A stretch of 64,000 bases of DNA from an uncultured bacterium (lineage in GTDB: Bacteria; Zhuqueibacterota; QNDG01; DTFT01), in assembly GCA_963736115.1 (NCBI GenBank), contig CAVTNR010000017.1:53110-117109 (forward strand), read 5' to 3'. Made by a program: the position numbers and the translations under genes. Positions 44,294 to 54,017 of this stretch are shown piece after piece. The notes beneath the pieces are model-generated. The model had not been told where the DNA came from, did no database searches, and saw nothing but the letters and a program-made list of their open reading frames with translations. Numbering within the stretch: position 1 is the stretch's first letter; every line of letters begins with the position of its first letter.

Positions 44294-46480
44294 TTAAAGC
44301 CCCGGATTCCCGGTCGCCGGAGGCGCGTGGTCCTCCTTCGCGGGCGGGCCGAGCAGTTCCGTCAGAATCGGCTTCAGGCCGTCCGCCCAGATCTGGTAGG
44401 CCGGGAGCGCGGGATGCAGTTTGTCCGGGTCCATCATGCCCTCGAACAGGCGGCCGTCCGCGTCCGCCAGCTTGTCATTGACGTTCAGGAACCGGATCTT
44501 CTTCCCATCGGTCAGACTTGGCAGTACGGCATTGATGCGGTTGACCACCGGCATGGCATACGGATGGTCGTTGCGCGGAAACACGGCCGTCAGGATGATC
44601 ACGGCCTGCGGCGCTTTCTCTCGCATGCCGTCGAGTACCGCGCGTATGCCCTTCACAATGCGGGCCGCGCGCGTTGAATCGCCCTCAGGCACGGGACCGT
44701 ACCCGACATTGTTGGTGCCCGCGAGGAGCACGATGACCTTCGGGCGCACGCCGTCCAGTTCGCCGTTCCAGAGCCGCCACAGGATGTTTTCCACCGAATC
44801 GCCGCCCCATCCGAAGTCCGCGGCGTTCCACCCGAAGAATTGGCTCCTGAAATGCGCGAGCAGGTGCGGGTAATCCGTCGCGCCCCACCGCCGGGTGATG
44901 GAATTACCCGCAAAGTAAACGTCAATGCCGCCTTTGGCCGCTTTATCGAGGAGCTGGGCGTGGGCGGCCTGCGAGTTCGCGTCCTTTCTTTCAACCGGCC
45001 GCCAGGGCGCGGGAGACGGGGGCTTGTGGCCGAGCCGTCGGCCGGCCCAGGGGATGAAGTGTTTCCAGTTCGGCCCGTCCGTGTGGCCGCCGTCATGCTG
45101 GCGCCAGGCCAGGTGACCGTCGAGCAGCCCGGTATTGACCGGCGGCATTTTAATGGCCCGGTAGTCCCCGTCCACGCCCAGGTCCTTGACGCCGAGCAGA
45201 CGGAAGACCGGTCCCGCCGCGACCGCCGCCATGTAACTGCCCTGCTGGTCGAGCCATTTCGCGTCACCCTTTTCCGGAATGCCGTAACTGATGAAGGTCG
45301 GACGGGGCGCGCAGAGCGCGAGGAGCTGGTGGCTGTCCACCGGAATGTCCCCCGCGTTGCGGCTGCCGAAGGAAGCCTCGGCAGCGCCGTATTTCAGGAA
45401 ATTGCCGGCCATCCAGTGGTACTCGCCGGAACCGGTGAGATTTTCCACTGCTTCGCCGAAATTGCGGCGGTGCGGCTTGGCCCCGCCCTCGCCGGACGAG
45501 CCGATCAGCACGACCGCGAAACGCGTGTCGAATGCCATGGTCACAAGCGCGGCCTTGCCGTAGCGTGAGACGCCCTCGATGCCGACGCGTCCGGCGTCCA
45601 CCGACGGATCCGTTTCGAAATAATCCAATGCGCGGGAAGCGCCCCAGGCCCAGGCGCGGAGACTGCCCCAGTCGTCCGGCTTCCGGAACCGGCCCTGGTT
45701 GACCAGGCCGATGATGCCGCGGGTCAGGCCGGCGCCGTTGTCCGCCTGCACGCTTCCGGGCTGGAGTATCGCGTAACCCCATCCGTCCGCGATGAGTTGC
45801 TGGCGGGCCGGAGGATCGGACGGCGGCCCGGTAACGGGACGTGGCGGCGGGGGAGGCGCGGGCATGCCGGACGTGGACGGGGCTTTCTCCTTCGGCAGTC
45901 CGCCGAAACCGAACATCATCATCACAGGAACCGGCCCTTCGGCGTCCGCGGGCGTCACGAGTGTGAGCTTGATGTCCACGCTGATCCGCGGACAGACGGA
46001 ATTATCCACATGCCCGATCAATTCCTTTCCGATCACCGGATAGGGTCCGATCGCGGTCTCGACCGTCTTCACGACGGTCCAGGTCACTTTGGGGACGTTT
46101 TCCGGAACACGGCCGAATACCTCGCGTTCGAAATCCTCGACGATTTCCGGCCTGCGTTTTTTCCACCATATCTCCGGCGTGGCCGCATTTTTCCCGTTAT
46201 TCAGTGTCAGGACGTCCGGCCAGTCCGGGAACGGGTTCGCCAGGCTCGTATCGTAATTGGCATGATCGGGCTTTGATTCGTCCCCGCTCGGGCCGGGCCT
46301 GAGCGAGACGATGCCGAGCTGGGCCATCATGTTCCGGTGGTCCTGGTCGGTAGTGTATTTCGGGAGGGAGTCTGTCAGGGCCGTTGTCTGTCCTCGGGCT
46401 CCGGCTGGATCCGACAGAGAGGCAAGGCAGGCCACTGCGGACAGGACAGCGGCCGGGAGTCGCATGGTCTTTCTTTTCAT
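44294..46480 (-). CDS. Secreted CE15 (glucuronoyl esterase-like) + SGNH/GDSL hydrolase fusion
   Basis: WAWGASRALDY, GVSRYGKAAL, HDGGH (CE15-like). FAGNSIT, GWGG, GTNN, DKLHP (SGNH). Confidence 0.8.
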   Translation of the reverse strand: MKRKTMRLPAAVLSAVACLASLSDPAGARGQTTALTDSLPKYTTDQDHRNMMAQLGIVSLRPGPSGDESKPDHANYDTSLANPFPDWPDVLTLNNGKNAATPEIWWKKRRPEIVEDFEREVFGRVPENVPKVTWTVVKTVETAIGPYPVIGKELIGHVDNSVCPRISVDIKLTLVTPADAEGPVPVMMMFGFGGLPKEKAPSTSGMPAPPPPPRPVTGPPSDPPARQQLIADGWGYAILQPGSVQADNGAGLTRGIIGLVNQGRFRKPDDWGSLRAWAWGASRALDYFETDPSVDAGRVGIEGVSRYGKAALVTMAFDTRFAVVLIGSSGEGGAKPHRRNFGEAVENLTGSGEYHWMAGNFLKYGAAEASFGSRNAGDIPVDSHQLLALCAPRPTFISYGIPEKGDAKWLDQQGSYMAAVAAGPVFRLLGVKDLGVDGDYRAIKMPPVNTGLLDGHLAWRQHDGGHTDGPNWKHFIPWAGRRLGHKPPSPAPWRPVERKDANSQAAHAQLLDKAAKGGIDVYFAGNSITRRWGATDYPHLLAHFRSQFFGWNAADFGWGGDSVENILWRLWNGELDGVRPKVIVLLAGTNNVGYGPVPEGDSTRAARIVKGIRAVLDGMREKAPQAVIILTAVFPRNDHPYAMPVVNRINAVLPSLTDGKKIRFLNVNDKLADADGRLFEGMMDPDKLHPALPAYQIWADGLKPILTELLGPPAKEDHAPPATGNPGL

Positions 46481-46515
46481 CTGTGTGCTCCGTTCGGGTT
46501 CAAATCTGTCGAATT

Positions 46516-46550
46516 CAGACCTGAAAGGTCTGAGAGACCTTTCAGGTCTG
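46516..46550. repeat. Perfect palindrome (REP-like)
   Basis: CAGACCTGAAAGGTCT-GAG-AGACCTTTCAGGTCTG, 16-bp arms. Confidence 0.7.
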
Positions 46551-46621
46551 CCGGATATTTCACTGAGCGCAGCCTAAAGGGCTGCGGCTACCAAGACTCT
46601 GTCTTCTTTTAGCGCAACCTA

Positions 46622-46713
46622 CCTTCAATTGGCATAAATATAATTGATTGGTCCCGCGCAGCGGGAAAGTCCGCATAGCGGACCAAGCGATTATATTTGT
46701 ACAGGATTGAAGG
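46622..46713. repeat. Inverted pair of the bipartite CTTCAA-N19/20-TTGGTCC repeat
   Basis: Forward copy 46623-46654, reverse copy 46680-46712. Confidence 0.7.
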
Positions 46714-46731
46714 GTTGCGGTTACCCAATCC

Positions 46732-47769
46732 TTATTTTTTTCGGAGGACCGCCGCTTCCCGCACAGTCTCGAGTTCCGCAACCAGAGCCGGGTCCGGTTT
46801 GAGACCTCGGAAACGGCCGGCCATGGCGTCCCCCTCTTCAATCCGGGAAGCGTGGTAATACGCCCGGGACAGGTTATAAACGAGTTGACCGTCTCCCGGA
46901 AACACGGCCAGGGCCTTTTCGCATGCGGCGATGCCGCCGGCCGTGTTCCCCAGCGCGAGCCTGAGCTGTCCGGCCCACTTCCACATGAAGGCCGATTCGT
47001 TGAAGGCCAGGCCCTGTTCCATGAAGGCCAGGCCGCGCTCGTATTGGCCGGAGTCGAGCAGAATTTTCAGCGCTGGCTCGTAAAAGAGATCCAGATTCGG
47101 CACAGTGTAGACGAGGGCTTCGTATTCGTGGAACGCCTCCTCGATCCGTCCGGCTTTTAGAAAAGCATCCCCCAGACGGATGTGCCCCTGTTCCAGAGTG
47201 GAGGCGCCGGTTTTCAATATGTCGAGGGCGATGGAATCCGTCTGCGATTCGGGTTTGAAACTTTCCAGAACCGTATTGGGCCCGGTTTTCCTGAAAGGCC
47301 AGCCGCCCCGGAGGTGATGGACGATGAGCGCTGCGGACGCGCTGTCAAGAGATGTGACTCCCCAGTGCGTTCTGTACCAGGACGAAGGTTTCAGGTCCCG
47401 GCTGTTCCAGTCCGGAGCCGGGATTCCCCTTTGACGGAACGCGTTGAAGAACGCGTGCGCCATCAGGAAATACCCGTCGATGTTCGGATGCAGGTGCTCG
47501 TGCATGAGCGAGAAGCCGACCAGGCCGTTCGGCGAGGCCTGCTCGAAAACCGCCTTGACTTCCACGAGCGACGCACCGGCCAGGCCCGCTTCCTCCCGTA
47601 TCACGGAATTGAACTCCTCGGATGCGCGGAACCGCAGGCCGTCCAGGTCCTTGGCCCTCAGATAGGCGGACCGTGCGGAGCCGAAATCCCCTTTCCGTTC
47701 GAGCATTCGGGCTTCGCGGAATACATCCCCGGCGGCCGGCAGGTTTCCGGACGATTCGGAGATAAACGG
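46732..47769 (-). CDS. C-terminal part of an SGNH-like/TPR protein, 5'-truncated at the junction
   Basis: AKDLDGLRFRA, EHLHPN..GY, TPR-like C-terminus. Frame continues upstream of ATG 47706 to PFISE at about 47769. Confidence 0.65.
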   Translation of the reverse strand, partial: PFISESSGNLPAAGDVFREARMLERKGDFGSARSAYLRAKDLDGLRFRASEEFNSVIREEAGLAGASLVEVKAVFEQASPNGLVGFSLMHEHLHPNIDGYFLMAHAFFNAFRQRGIPAPDWNSRDLKPSSWYRTHWGVTSLDSASAALIVHHLRGGWPFRKTGPNTVLESFKPESQTDSIALDILKTGASTLEQGHIRLGDAFLKAGRIEEAFHEYEALVYTVPNLDLFYEPALKILLDSGQYERGLAFMEQGLAFNESAFMWKWAGQLRLALGNTAGGIAACEKALAVFPGDGQLVYNLSRAYYHASRIEEGDAMAGRFRGLKPDPALVAELETVREAAVLRKK

Positions 47770-49481
47770 GCCAGGCGCTTGGCTATGGTGCCCTGGCGGG
47801 CGAAGCGGCCAAGTTGCCGGTGCCTGTCCCGGGCTCGGTAGCTTTAAAGGACCCCAAGCACTTCAAGCTGCTGGGCAAGCGCGTGGCCGACGTAGACACT
47901 GCGCGGATCGTCACCGGAGCACCGCTGTACGCCAGTGACCTGAATCTGCCTGGAATGCTGCACGCAGTGTTTGAGCGCAGTCCGGTCCCGGGCGGCCGCG
48001 TGGCCAGCGCCAACTTCGACGAAATCAAGAAACTGCCGGGCGTGCGCGATGCATTTGTGTTGGAGGAGGTAGGCGGTGCTTACGCGCTGCGTGCGGGCGT
48101 CGCAATCGTCGCCAGCAACACCTGGGCTGCACTACGCGCGCGCCAGAAGCTGGCGGTCACCTGGGACGATGGCCCGGTGGTCGGCCAGAGCTGGGACGCC
48201 TTTGTCGAACAGGCTAGGGAGGTCAGTACCCGACCCGCCGCCGACGTGCAACACCAGGAAGGCGACGTGTCCAAGGCCTTCGAGGCTGCTGCCAAGATAG
48301 TCCGAGCCGAGTACATCTTTCCCTTCCTGGCGCATGCTGCGATGGAGCCCCTCAGCTGTACCGCCTGGCTCGACGATGGCGTAGTGAAGCTGTGGACGGT
48401 GGTGCAAGACCCCAGTGACGCTCGATCGCGGGTATCAAAGGTCCTGGGCCTGCCTGCATCCAAGGTGCAGTTGAACAGTCTGCGTTGCGGTGGCTCCTTC
48501 GGTCGGCGCCTGAGTAGTGACTTCGTTGTGGAAGCCGCCGCTATCGCCAAGCGCGTTCGCAACCCTGTGAAACTGACTTGGTCACGCGAAGACGACATGC
48601 GCCATGACCACTACCGTGGCGGAGGCTTTCACTTCCTGCGCGCCGGGCTGGATGCGGCGGGCCGCGTCACGGCTTGGCACGACCGCTTCGTCACGTTTGG
48701 CCAGCCAGGCGTCGAGCTGCGTGCAGGCATGGACTCTGGCGGCGGAGCGTTCGCAGCAGGCTGGGTGCCGAACTGCCTGATCGAACGCAATGTGCTTCCT
48801 TGCGACATTCCAATCGGACCATGGCGCTCACCCGGGGAGAACGCCAATGTGTGGGTGATCCAGAGCTTCATCGATGAACTTGCATTTGCTGCTGGCGAGG
48901 ATTCGCTCGAGTTTCTCTTGCGCTGGCTTGACCGTGCGCCACCGGGCGAGGCGGGAATAGACGTGCCTCGCCTGCGGCGAGTACTCACGACATTGGCTGA
49001 ACGCGGTGACTGGGGCAATTCACTGACGCGCGGCCGCGGTCGAGGGCTGGGCTTTTTTTACGGCAGTGGCGCTTACGTGGCCCACATGGTGGAGGTGACC
49101 GTCTCGCCGCAGGGCAAGTTGGCGGTGGATAGAGTCGTGTGCGTTTGCGACGCGGGCGCACCCATAGTCAATCTGAGCGGCGCAGAGGCGCAGGCTGAGG
49201 GCTCAATCATTGACGGCTTGGCCTCAGCCTGGGTGCAGCAGATCGACATCCGGCACGGGCGTACGGTGCAGGGCAATTTCGACACCTACCCCATGCTGAC
49301 CATGGCCGACGTGCCCAAGCGCATCGAAGTGCATTTCCTGCCCAGCGTGCACGCGGCTGCGGGCTTGGGTGAACCGATGCTGCCCTCAGTAGCGCCCGCG
49401 TTGTGCAATGCAATCTTCCGGGCCAGCGGGGTGCGGGTGCGGCGCCTGCCGATCTCCAGCATCGACCTGTCTTGGTCGTGA
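47766..49481 (+). CDS. Xanthine dehydrogenase-family molybdopterin-binding subunit (IorB-like), 5'-truncated
   Basis: TGQALGYGALA..AA.LPVP..V.LKDP from 47766 (preceded by in-frame TAA), AHAAMEP, GGSFGRR, WSREDD, WRSPG, GLGEP..P..APA..NA. Confidence 0.85.
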   Translation, partial: TGQALGYGALAGEAAKLPVPVPGSVALKDPKHFKLLGKRVADVDTARIVTGAPLYASDLNLPGMLHAVFERSPVPGGRVASANFDEIKKLPGVRDAFVLEEVGGAYALRAGVAIVASNTWAALRARQKLAVTWDDGPVVGQSWDAFVEQAREVSTRPAADVQHQEGDVSKAFEAAAKIVRAEYIFPFLAHAAMEPLSCTAWLDDGVVKLWTVVQDPSDARSRVSKVLGLPASKVQLNSLRCGGSFGRRLSSDFVVEAAAIAKRVRNPVKLTWSREDDMRHDHYRGGGFHFLRAGLDAAGRVTAWHDRFVTFGQPGVELRAGMDSGGGAFAAGWVPNCLIERNVLPCDIPIGPWRSPGENANVWVIQSFIDELAFAAGEDSLEFLLRWLDRAPPGEAGIDVPRLRRVLTTLAERGDWGNSLTRGRGRGLGFFYGSGAYVAHMVEVTVSPQGKLAVDRVVCVCDAGAPIVNLSGAEAQAEGSIIDGLASAWVQQIDIRHGRTVQGNFDTYPMLTMADVPKRIEVHFLPSVHAAAGLGEPMLPSVAPALCNAIFRASGVRVRRLPISSIDLSWS

Positions 49482-49501
49482 GTCAACGATCAGGGGAAGC
49501 C

Positions 49502-49970
49502 ATGAGTTGCCAAGCTGTTCCTAGCAGGCCAGTTCGGCGCAGCCCAGGCCGATTCGCACACCAGTGAAAGTCGCATCATCGGCATCACTGACGGCGACAC
49601 CGTCTCACAGCTGACCATCATCGCTCCGTGCGGCTCGCATCCATATCGCAGGCTCCCGCCAAAGAATCGACGTGGATCGTGACGGAAGTCTCGAGGCCAG
49701 CGCGCACCCCTTGGCTAGCTGATTGCAGGTTGCGTGGTGCGTTGCTAACCTGCATTCACAGCGCGGGCATAGCTCAATGGAAGAGCCGCAACCCACTCCA
49801 GGTTGCCTACGGTGGTTCGATCCCCCCAGCCCGCTCCACCCATTCGAGAGCGATCCGCCGCGCCATGCAGGGACGGCAGTTGCGCATGCGCAGCTGTGAT
49901 CAGCGGGCGCTCTATGACGATCTCAAGCCGAGAGACGACGGTCAGACAAACCGCGGAAATGGGCGGCGCT
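49502..49970 (+). pseudogene. Degraded thermonuclease (SNase)-like remnant
   Basis: RIIGITDGDTV (49572), VRLASI (49628) and IDVDRDG (49667) occur in broken frames. Confidence 0.4.
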
Positions 49971-50151
49971 CCGGGATCGGTTTCGTGAAGTGCCGATAAG
50001 CAGAGCGGGGGTGGGTGTGCCGCCAGAGGTAGAGTGCAGCACGCGTCAACCGCGGGGCCGCACAGGTTCGGGAATCAGCCAGCTGGTTGCGCGCACGGAG
50101 TTGCACAAGCGCATTCATCCAGCCGGTCGTTCTCTTGTAGCCTCGTCACCG

Positions 50152-51360
50152 ATGAAGCGATCGGTTCAGTTCTCGACCCGCGTGGTAGCGGCCGATCACG
50201 TCGACATCGGGGACGTCGCTGCGTGGGCGGCGCTGGAGTCCCGAGCGATCGAGCCCAATGCGTTCCTGTCGCCGCACTTCGTCATCCCGGCTGCACGCTA
50301 CCTCACACCGGACCAAGCGCCGCTAGTCTTCTTCGTCGAACGAGTGGCGGCGGGGGGGCGCGAACTGGTCGGCGTTGGCGTGTTCACGGAAGCTGCTGCC
50401 ACGAAGCGCACCCGCGTGCGCAGGCTCGTCGGATACCGCTCGCGCCACTCATTTCTCTCCGGCCTTCTGCTCGATCGTGAACACGCGGTGCAGGCACTGG
50501 AAGCATTGCTCGAGTTCGTCCGCAAGTCGCTGTCGCACTGCAAGGCCGTCGAGCTGCCACTGGCGTTGAGCGATGGGCCGTTCGCCGGCCCCGGAGGCAT
50601 AGCAGGCCGCGCCTGCACGCATGCTCCGAGGATCTCCGAGGTGGAGCCTCGAGCGATCCTGGTGGTGGCCGACTGCAGCGAACAGTTGCTCGACAAGAAA
50701 CTGGCAGCACGGATTGGCGACATCGACCGAAGGCTGCGCCGCTTGCGCGAGCGCGGGGCCGTCGCTTGGCGCTGGCATCGCGAGGCGGGGATACCTGTCG
50801 AAGCGGTGGAAGCCTTTCTCGCGCTCGAGCACAAGGGATGGAAGGGCGACGAAGGGTCGTCCTTGCGCTCCCGCCCGGAAGATGAAGCATTTCTTCGTGA
50901 AGCGGTTTCTGGGTTTGCGTCGGAAGGGCGCGCACTGTTCACCGAAGTGACTCTCGACGGGGCTCCGATCGCGTCAACCTGCAACTTCATTTCAGGCAAC
51001 GTTGGGTTCGGCTTCAAGGTCGGGTGGGACCCGGCCTTTCGGTCGACCTCACCGGCGCTGATCAATGAACTTGAGTTCATGCGCCACGCGTCGACTGAAT
51101 TCGGCGACATCGAGTATTTCGACAGTGGCGCGAGTCCCAAGTCATATATCAACGAACTGTGGCTGGCGCGGCGTCGCGTGGCGACGATCCGAATCCCTAC
51201 AGGGTGGGTCGGGGCTTCCTCGATTGCGATTGCCGACTGGGCGGTGCAATTGAAGGGATATGCTCGCAGTCGCAGCAAGTCAATCGCGGCCATTCGCGCG
51301 CTTGCGATGACGAAGGTGAATATGCTCCCGAGTCTGAACGCTCATGAGGCTGAGGCTTAA
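50152..51360 (+). CDS. GNAT-family acetyltransferase (CelD/BcsL-like), copy 1
   Basis: W..L...A.EPNAFLSP, FL.LEH.GWKG..GS, FKVGWDP.F...SP. Confidence 0.75.
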   Translation: MKRSVQFSTRVVAADHVDIGDVAAWAALESRAIEPNAFLSPHFVIPAARYLTPDQAPLVFFVERVAAGGRELVGVGVFTEAAATKRTRVRRLVGYRSRHSFLSGLLLDREHAVQALEALLEFVRKSLSHCKAVELPLALSDGPFAGPGGIAGRACTHAPRISEVEPRAILVVADCSEQLLDKKLAARIGDIDRRLRRLRERGAVAWRWHREAGIPVEAVEAFLALEHKGWKGDEGSSLRSRPEDEAFLREAVSGFASEGRALFTEVTLDGAPIASTCNFISGNVGFGFKVGWDPAFRSTSPALINELEFMRHASTEFGDIEYFDSGASPKSYINELWLARRRVATIRIPTGWVGASSIAIADWAVQLKGYARSRSKSIAAIRALAMTKVNMLPSLNAHEAEA

Positions 51361-51907
51361 GTCCCGCATGAAAGCGATGCTGAACGCTGTTCAGCACGGT
51401 TTGGTCGCGCAGCGCGCGCTCGAGCGGCTCGACCGCGTGGGGATCACTATCAACCCCTATGTCCTGTTCCGAAAGGGGGTGGGACCCTATCAGACTGACT
51501 GGCCCTGGTTGGCTGAAGAGTTCCCGAGTAGTGTGCTGGTCGAATCGGACATTGCCGCTGTCGCCGCCTGCGATTCTCGAACCGAAGAGCAAATTCAAGC
51601 TCGACTGGACAAGGGCCACCTGTGCATCGTCATCAAGAACGGAGAACGCATCGCGGGCTACTGCTGGGCCGATTTGCGCGAGGTGAACGACGCGGTCTGC
51701 GATTACGAACTTGGTCCCGGTGAAGCGTACTTGTACGACGGGTTCATCGTGCCAGAGTTGCGGGGGCGTGGCCTCGCACAATACATGAGCGTGGAATTCT
51801 ACCGGCACCTCCACTACGCGGGCCTGCACACCTCCTACAGCAACACTAAAGGGCGATCAGCTGCGCCGCACAGACCAGGAAATGAGCTAGCGGATTGTGC
51901 GCATTGA
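51344..51907 (+). pseudogene. GNAT-family protein copy 1, C-terminally truncated
   Basis: Matches 53153..53818 up to HT.YS (~51841), then runs into the duplicated upstream region of copy 2. Confidence 0.65.
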
Positions 51908-51959
51908 GACACACAAGCAACTTCTTCCAGCCGGTTGTTCTCTTGTAGTCTCCTCACCC

Positions 51960-53156
51960 ATGAAGCAATCGGTTCAGTTCTCAACCCGCGTGGTGGCGGC
52001 CGATCACGTCGACAACGTGGACGTCGCTGCGTGGGCGGCGCTGGAGTACCGAGCGATCGAGCCCAATGCGTTCCTGTCACCGCATTTCGTCATCCCGGCT
52101 GCACGCCACCTCACACCGGACCAGGCGCCGCTAGTCTTCTTCGTCGAACGAGTTGCGGCGGCGGGGCGCGAACTGGTCGGCGTCGGCGTGTTCACGGAAG
52201 CTGCTGCAACGAAGCGCACCCCCGTGCGCAGGCTCGTTGCCTATCGCTCCCGCCACTCCTTTCTCTCCGGCTTGCTGCTCGATTGTGAATACGCAGCGCC
52301 GGCAATGGAAGCATTGCTCGAGTTCGTCCGCAAGTCGGTGTCGCACTGCAAGGCCATCGAGATTCCACTGGCGTTGAGCGATGGGCCGTTCGCCGGCCCC
52401 GAAGGCATAGCAGGCCGCTCCTGCACGCATGCGTCGAGGAGCATCAACTCGGAGCCTCGCGCGATCCTGGTGGTGGCCAATTGCAGCGAGCATTTGCGCG
52501 AGACGTCGCTGTCATCACGGATTCGCAATATCGACCGAAGCCTGCGCCGTCTGCGCGAGCGCGGGGCCGTCGCTTGGCGCTGGCATCGCGAGGCGGGGAT
52601 ACCTGCCGATGCGGTGGAAGCCTTTCTGTCGCTGGAGCACAAGGGATGGAAGGGCGACGAAGGGTCATCCTTGCGTTCCCGCCCGGAAGATGAAGCATTC
52701 TTTCGTGAAGCGGTTGCTGGATTTGCTTCTGAACGACGCGCACTGTTCACGGAAGTGACTTTCGACGGGGTTCCCATCGCGTCAATCTGCAACTTCATCG
52801 CCGGCAACGTGGGATTCGGCTTCAAGACCGCGTTTGATCCGGCTTTCCGATCGGCCTCACCGGGGCTGATCAACGAACTTGAATTGATGCGCCACGCGCC
52901 GACAGCTTTCGGCAACATCGAGTACTTCGACAGTGGTGCGAGTCCCACGTCATTCATCAACGAACTGTGGCTGGCGCGTCGTCGCGTGGCGACGCTGCAA
53001 ATCCCAACTGGTTGGGTTGGAGCTTCCTCGTTGGCGATTGCCGATTGGGCGGTGCAGATAAAGGGATATGCCCGCAATTCCGGCAAGCTGATCGCGGGCC
53101 ATTCGCGCGCTCGGCAAAGCGCAGGTCAAGACGCTCCGGCGCTTGAATACTCGTGA
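51960..53156 (+). CDS. GNAT-family acetyltransferase (CelD/BcsL-like), copy 2
   Basis: Collinear paralog of 50152..51360. Confidence 0.78.
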   Translation: MKQSVQFSTRVVAADHVDNVDVAAWAALEYRAIEPNAFLSPHFVIPAARHLTPDQAPLVFFVERVAAAGRELVGVGVFTEAAATKRTPVRRLVAYRSRHSFLSGLLLDCEYAAPAMEALLEFVRKSVSHCKAIEIPLALSDGPFAGPEGIAGRSCTHASRSINSEPRAILVVANCSEHLRETSLSSRIRNIDRSLRRLRERGAVAWRWHREAGIPADAVEAFLSLEHKGWKGDEGSSLRSRPEDEAFFREAVAGFASERRALFTEVTFDGVPIASICNFIAGNVGFGFKTAFDPAFRSASPGLINELELMRHAPTAFGNIEYFDSGASPTSFINELWLARRRVATLQIPTGWVGASSLAIADWAVQIKGYARNSGKLIAGHSRARQSAGQDAPALEYS

Positions 53157-53818
53157 AGCTCAGGCTTGGATCCCGCATGAAAGCAATGCTGGACGATGTT
53201 CAGCACGGCCTGATCGGGCAGCGCGTTATCGAGCGGCTCAACCGTGTGGGAGTCACTGTCGACCCCTATATCCTGTGGCGAGAGGGAGTGCAGCAGCCGC
53301 ATCAGACCGACTGGCCCGGGTTGGCTGAAGAATTCCCGAGCAGTGTGCTGGATGCATCAGACATAGCCGCTGTCGCTGCGTGCGTGTCTCGAACCGAAGA
53401 GCAAATCAGAGGCCGACTGGACAAGGGTCACCAGTGCATCGTGCTGAAGACGGGAGAACGCATCGCGGGTTACTCATGGGCCGATTTCGATGGCGTGAAC
53501 GACGCGGCCTGCGACTATGAAATCGGTCCCGGAGAAGCGTATCTCTACGATGCGTTCATAGCGCCCGAGTTCCGGGGGCGCGGCCTCGCGCCGTACATGA
53601 GAGTGGAGTGCTACCGGCACCTCCGTCACGCGGGCCGGCACACCTTCTTCAGCATCTCGGACTATTTCAATTCGCCCGCGATCAAGTTCAAGAAGAAGCT
53701 CAACGCCGAGGCCATACGTCTCTACCTGCGAATCAAGCTGGGCGATCGGCAGATTGGCAATTGGCTGCTTCGGGACTACGAGGAACGCCCTGTGCGGCCA
53801 GCGCCCCAAGGCGGCTAA
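53153..53818 (+). CDS. GNAT-family acetyltransferase
   Basis: EAYLYDAFIAPEFRGRGLA (AcCoA motif A), N.PAIKFKKKL. Confidence 0.8.
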   Translation: MKLRLGSRMKAMLDDVQHGLIGQRVIERLNRVGVTVDPYILWREGVQQPHQTDWPGLAEEFPSSVLDASDIAAVAACVSRTEEQIRGRLDKGHQCIVLKTGERIAGYSWADFDGVNDAACDYEIGPGEAYLYDAFIAPEFRGRGLAPYMRVECYRHLRHAGRHTFFSISDYFNSPAIKFKKKLNAEAIRLYLRIKLGDRQIGNWLLRDYEERPVRPAPQGG

Positions 53819-54017
53819 CTCAACGGCAACCGCACGCCAAGGGCCAGGTAGTGGATGGCTTGGGTGCGCACGACGGCATCCTCGCGGACTGACATGCCGG
53901 CCTTAGCCGGATGTGCTTGGTTCACGCCCTTTCTTCGCAGCACCTTTCCCGCGGCCGTGCTTTGCAACTGTGAGGTGCGACCGCTAGCGGCTTGAAGGCC
54001 CAGTTGACTTGCCGGGA

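Noticed and set aside
53812-54010. attC/integron cassette interpretation after the GNAT gene (GGCTAAC)
   Set aside because: No complementary GTTRRRY end or attC hairpin, and no integron integrase.
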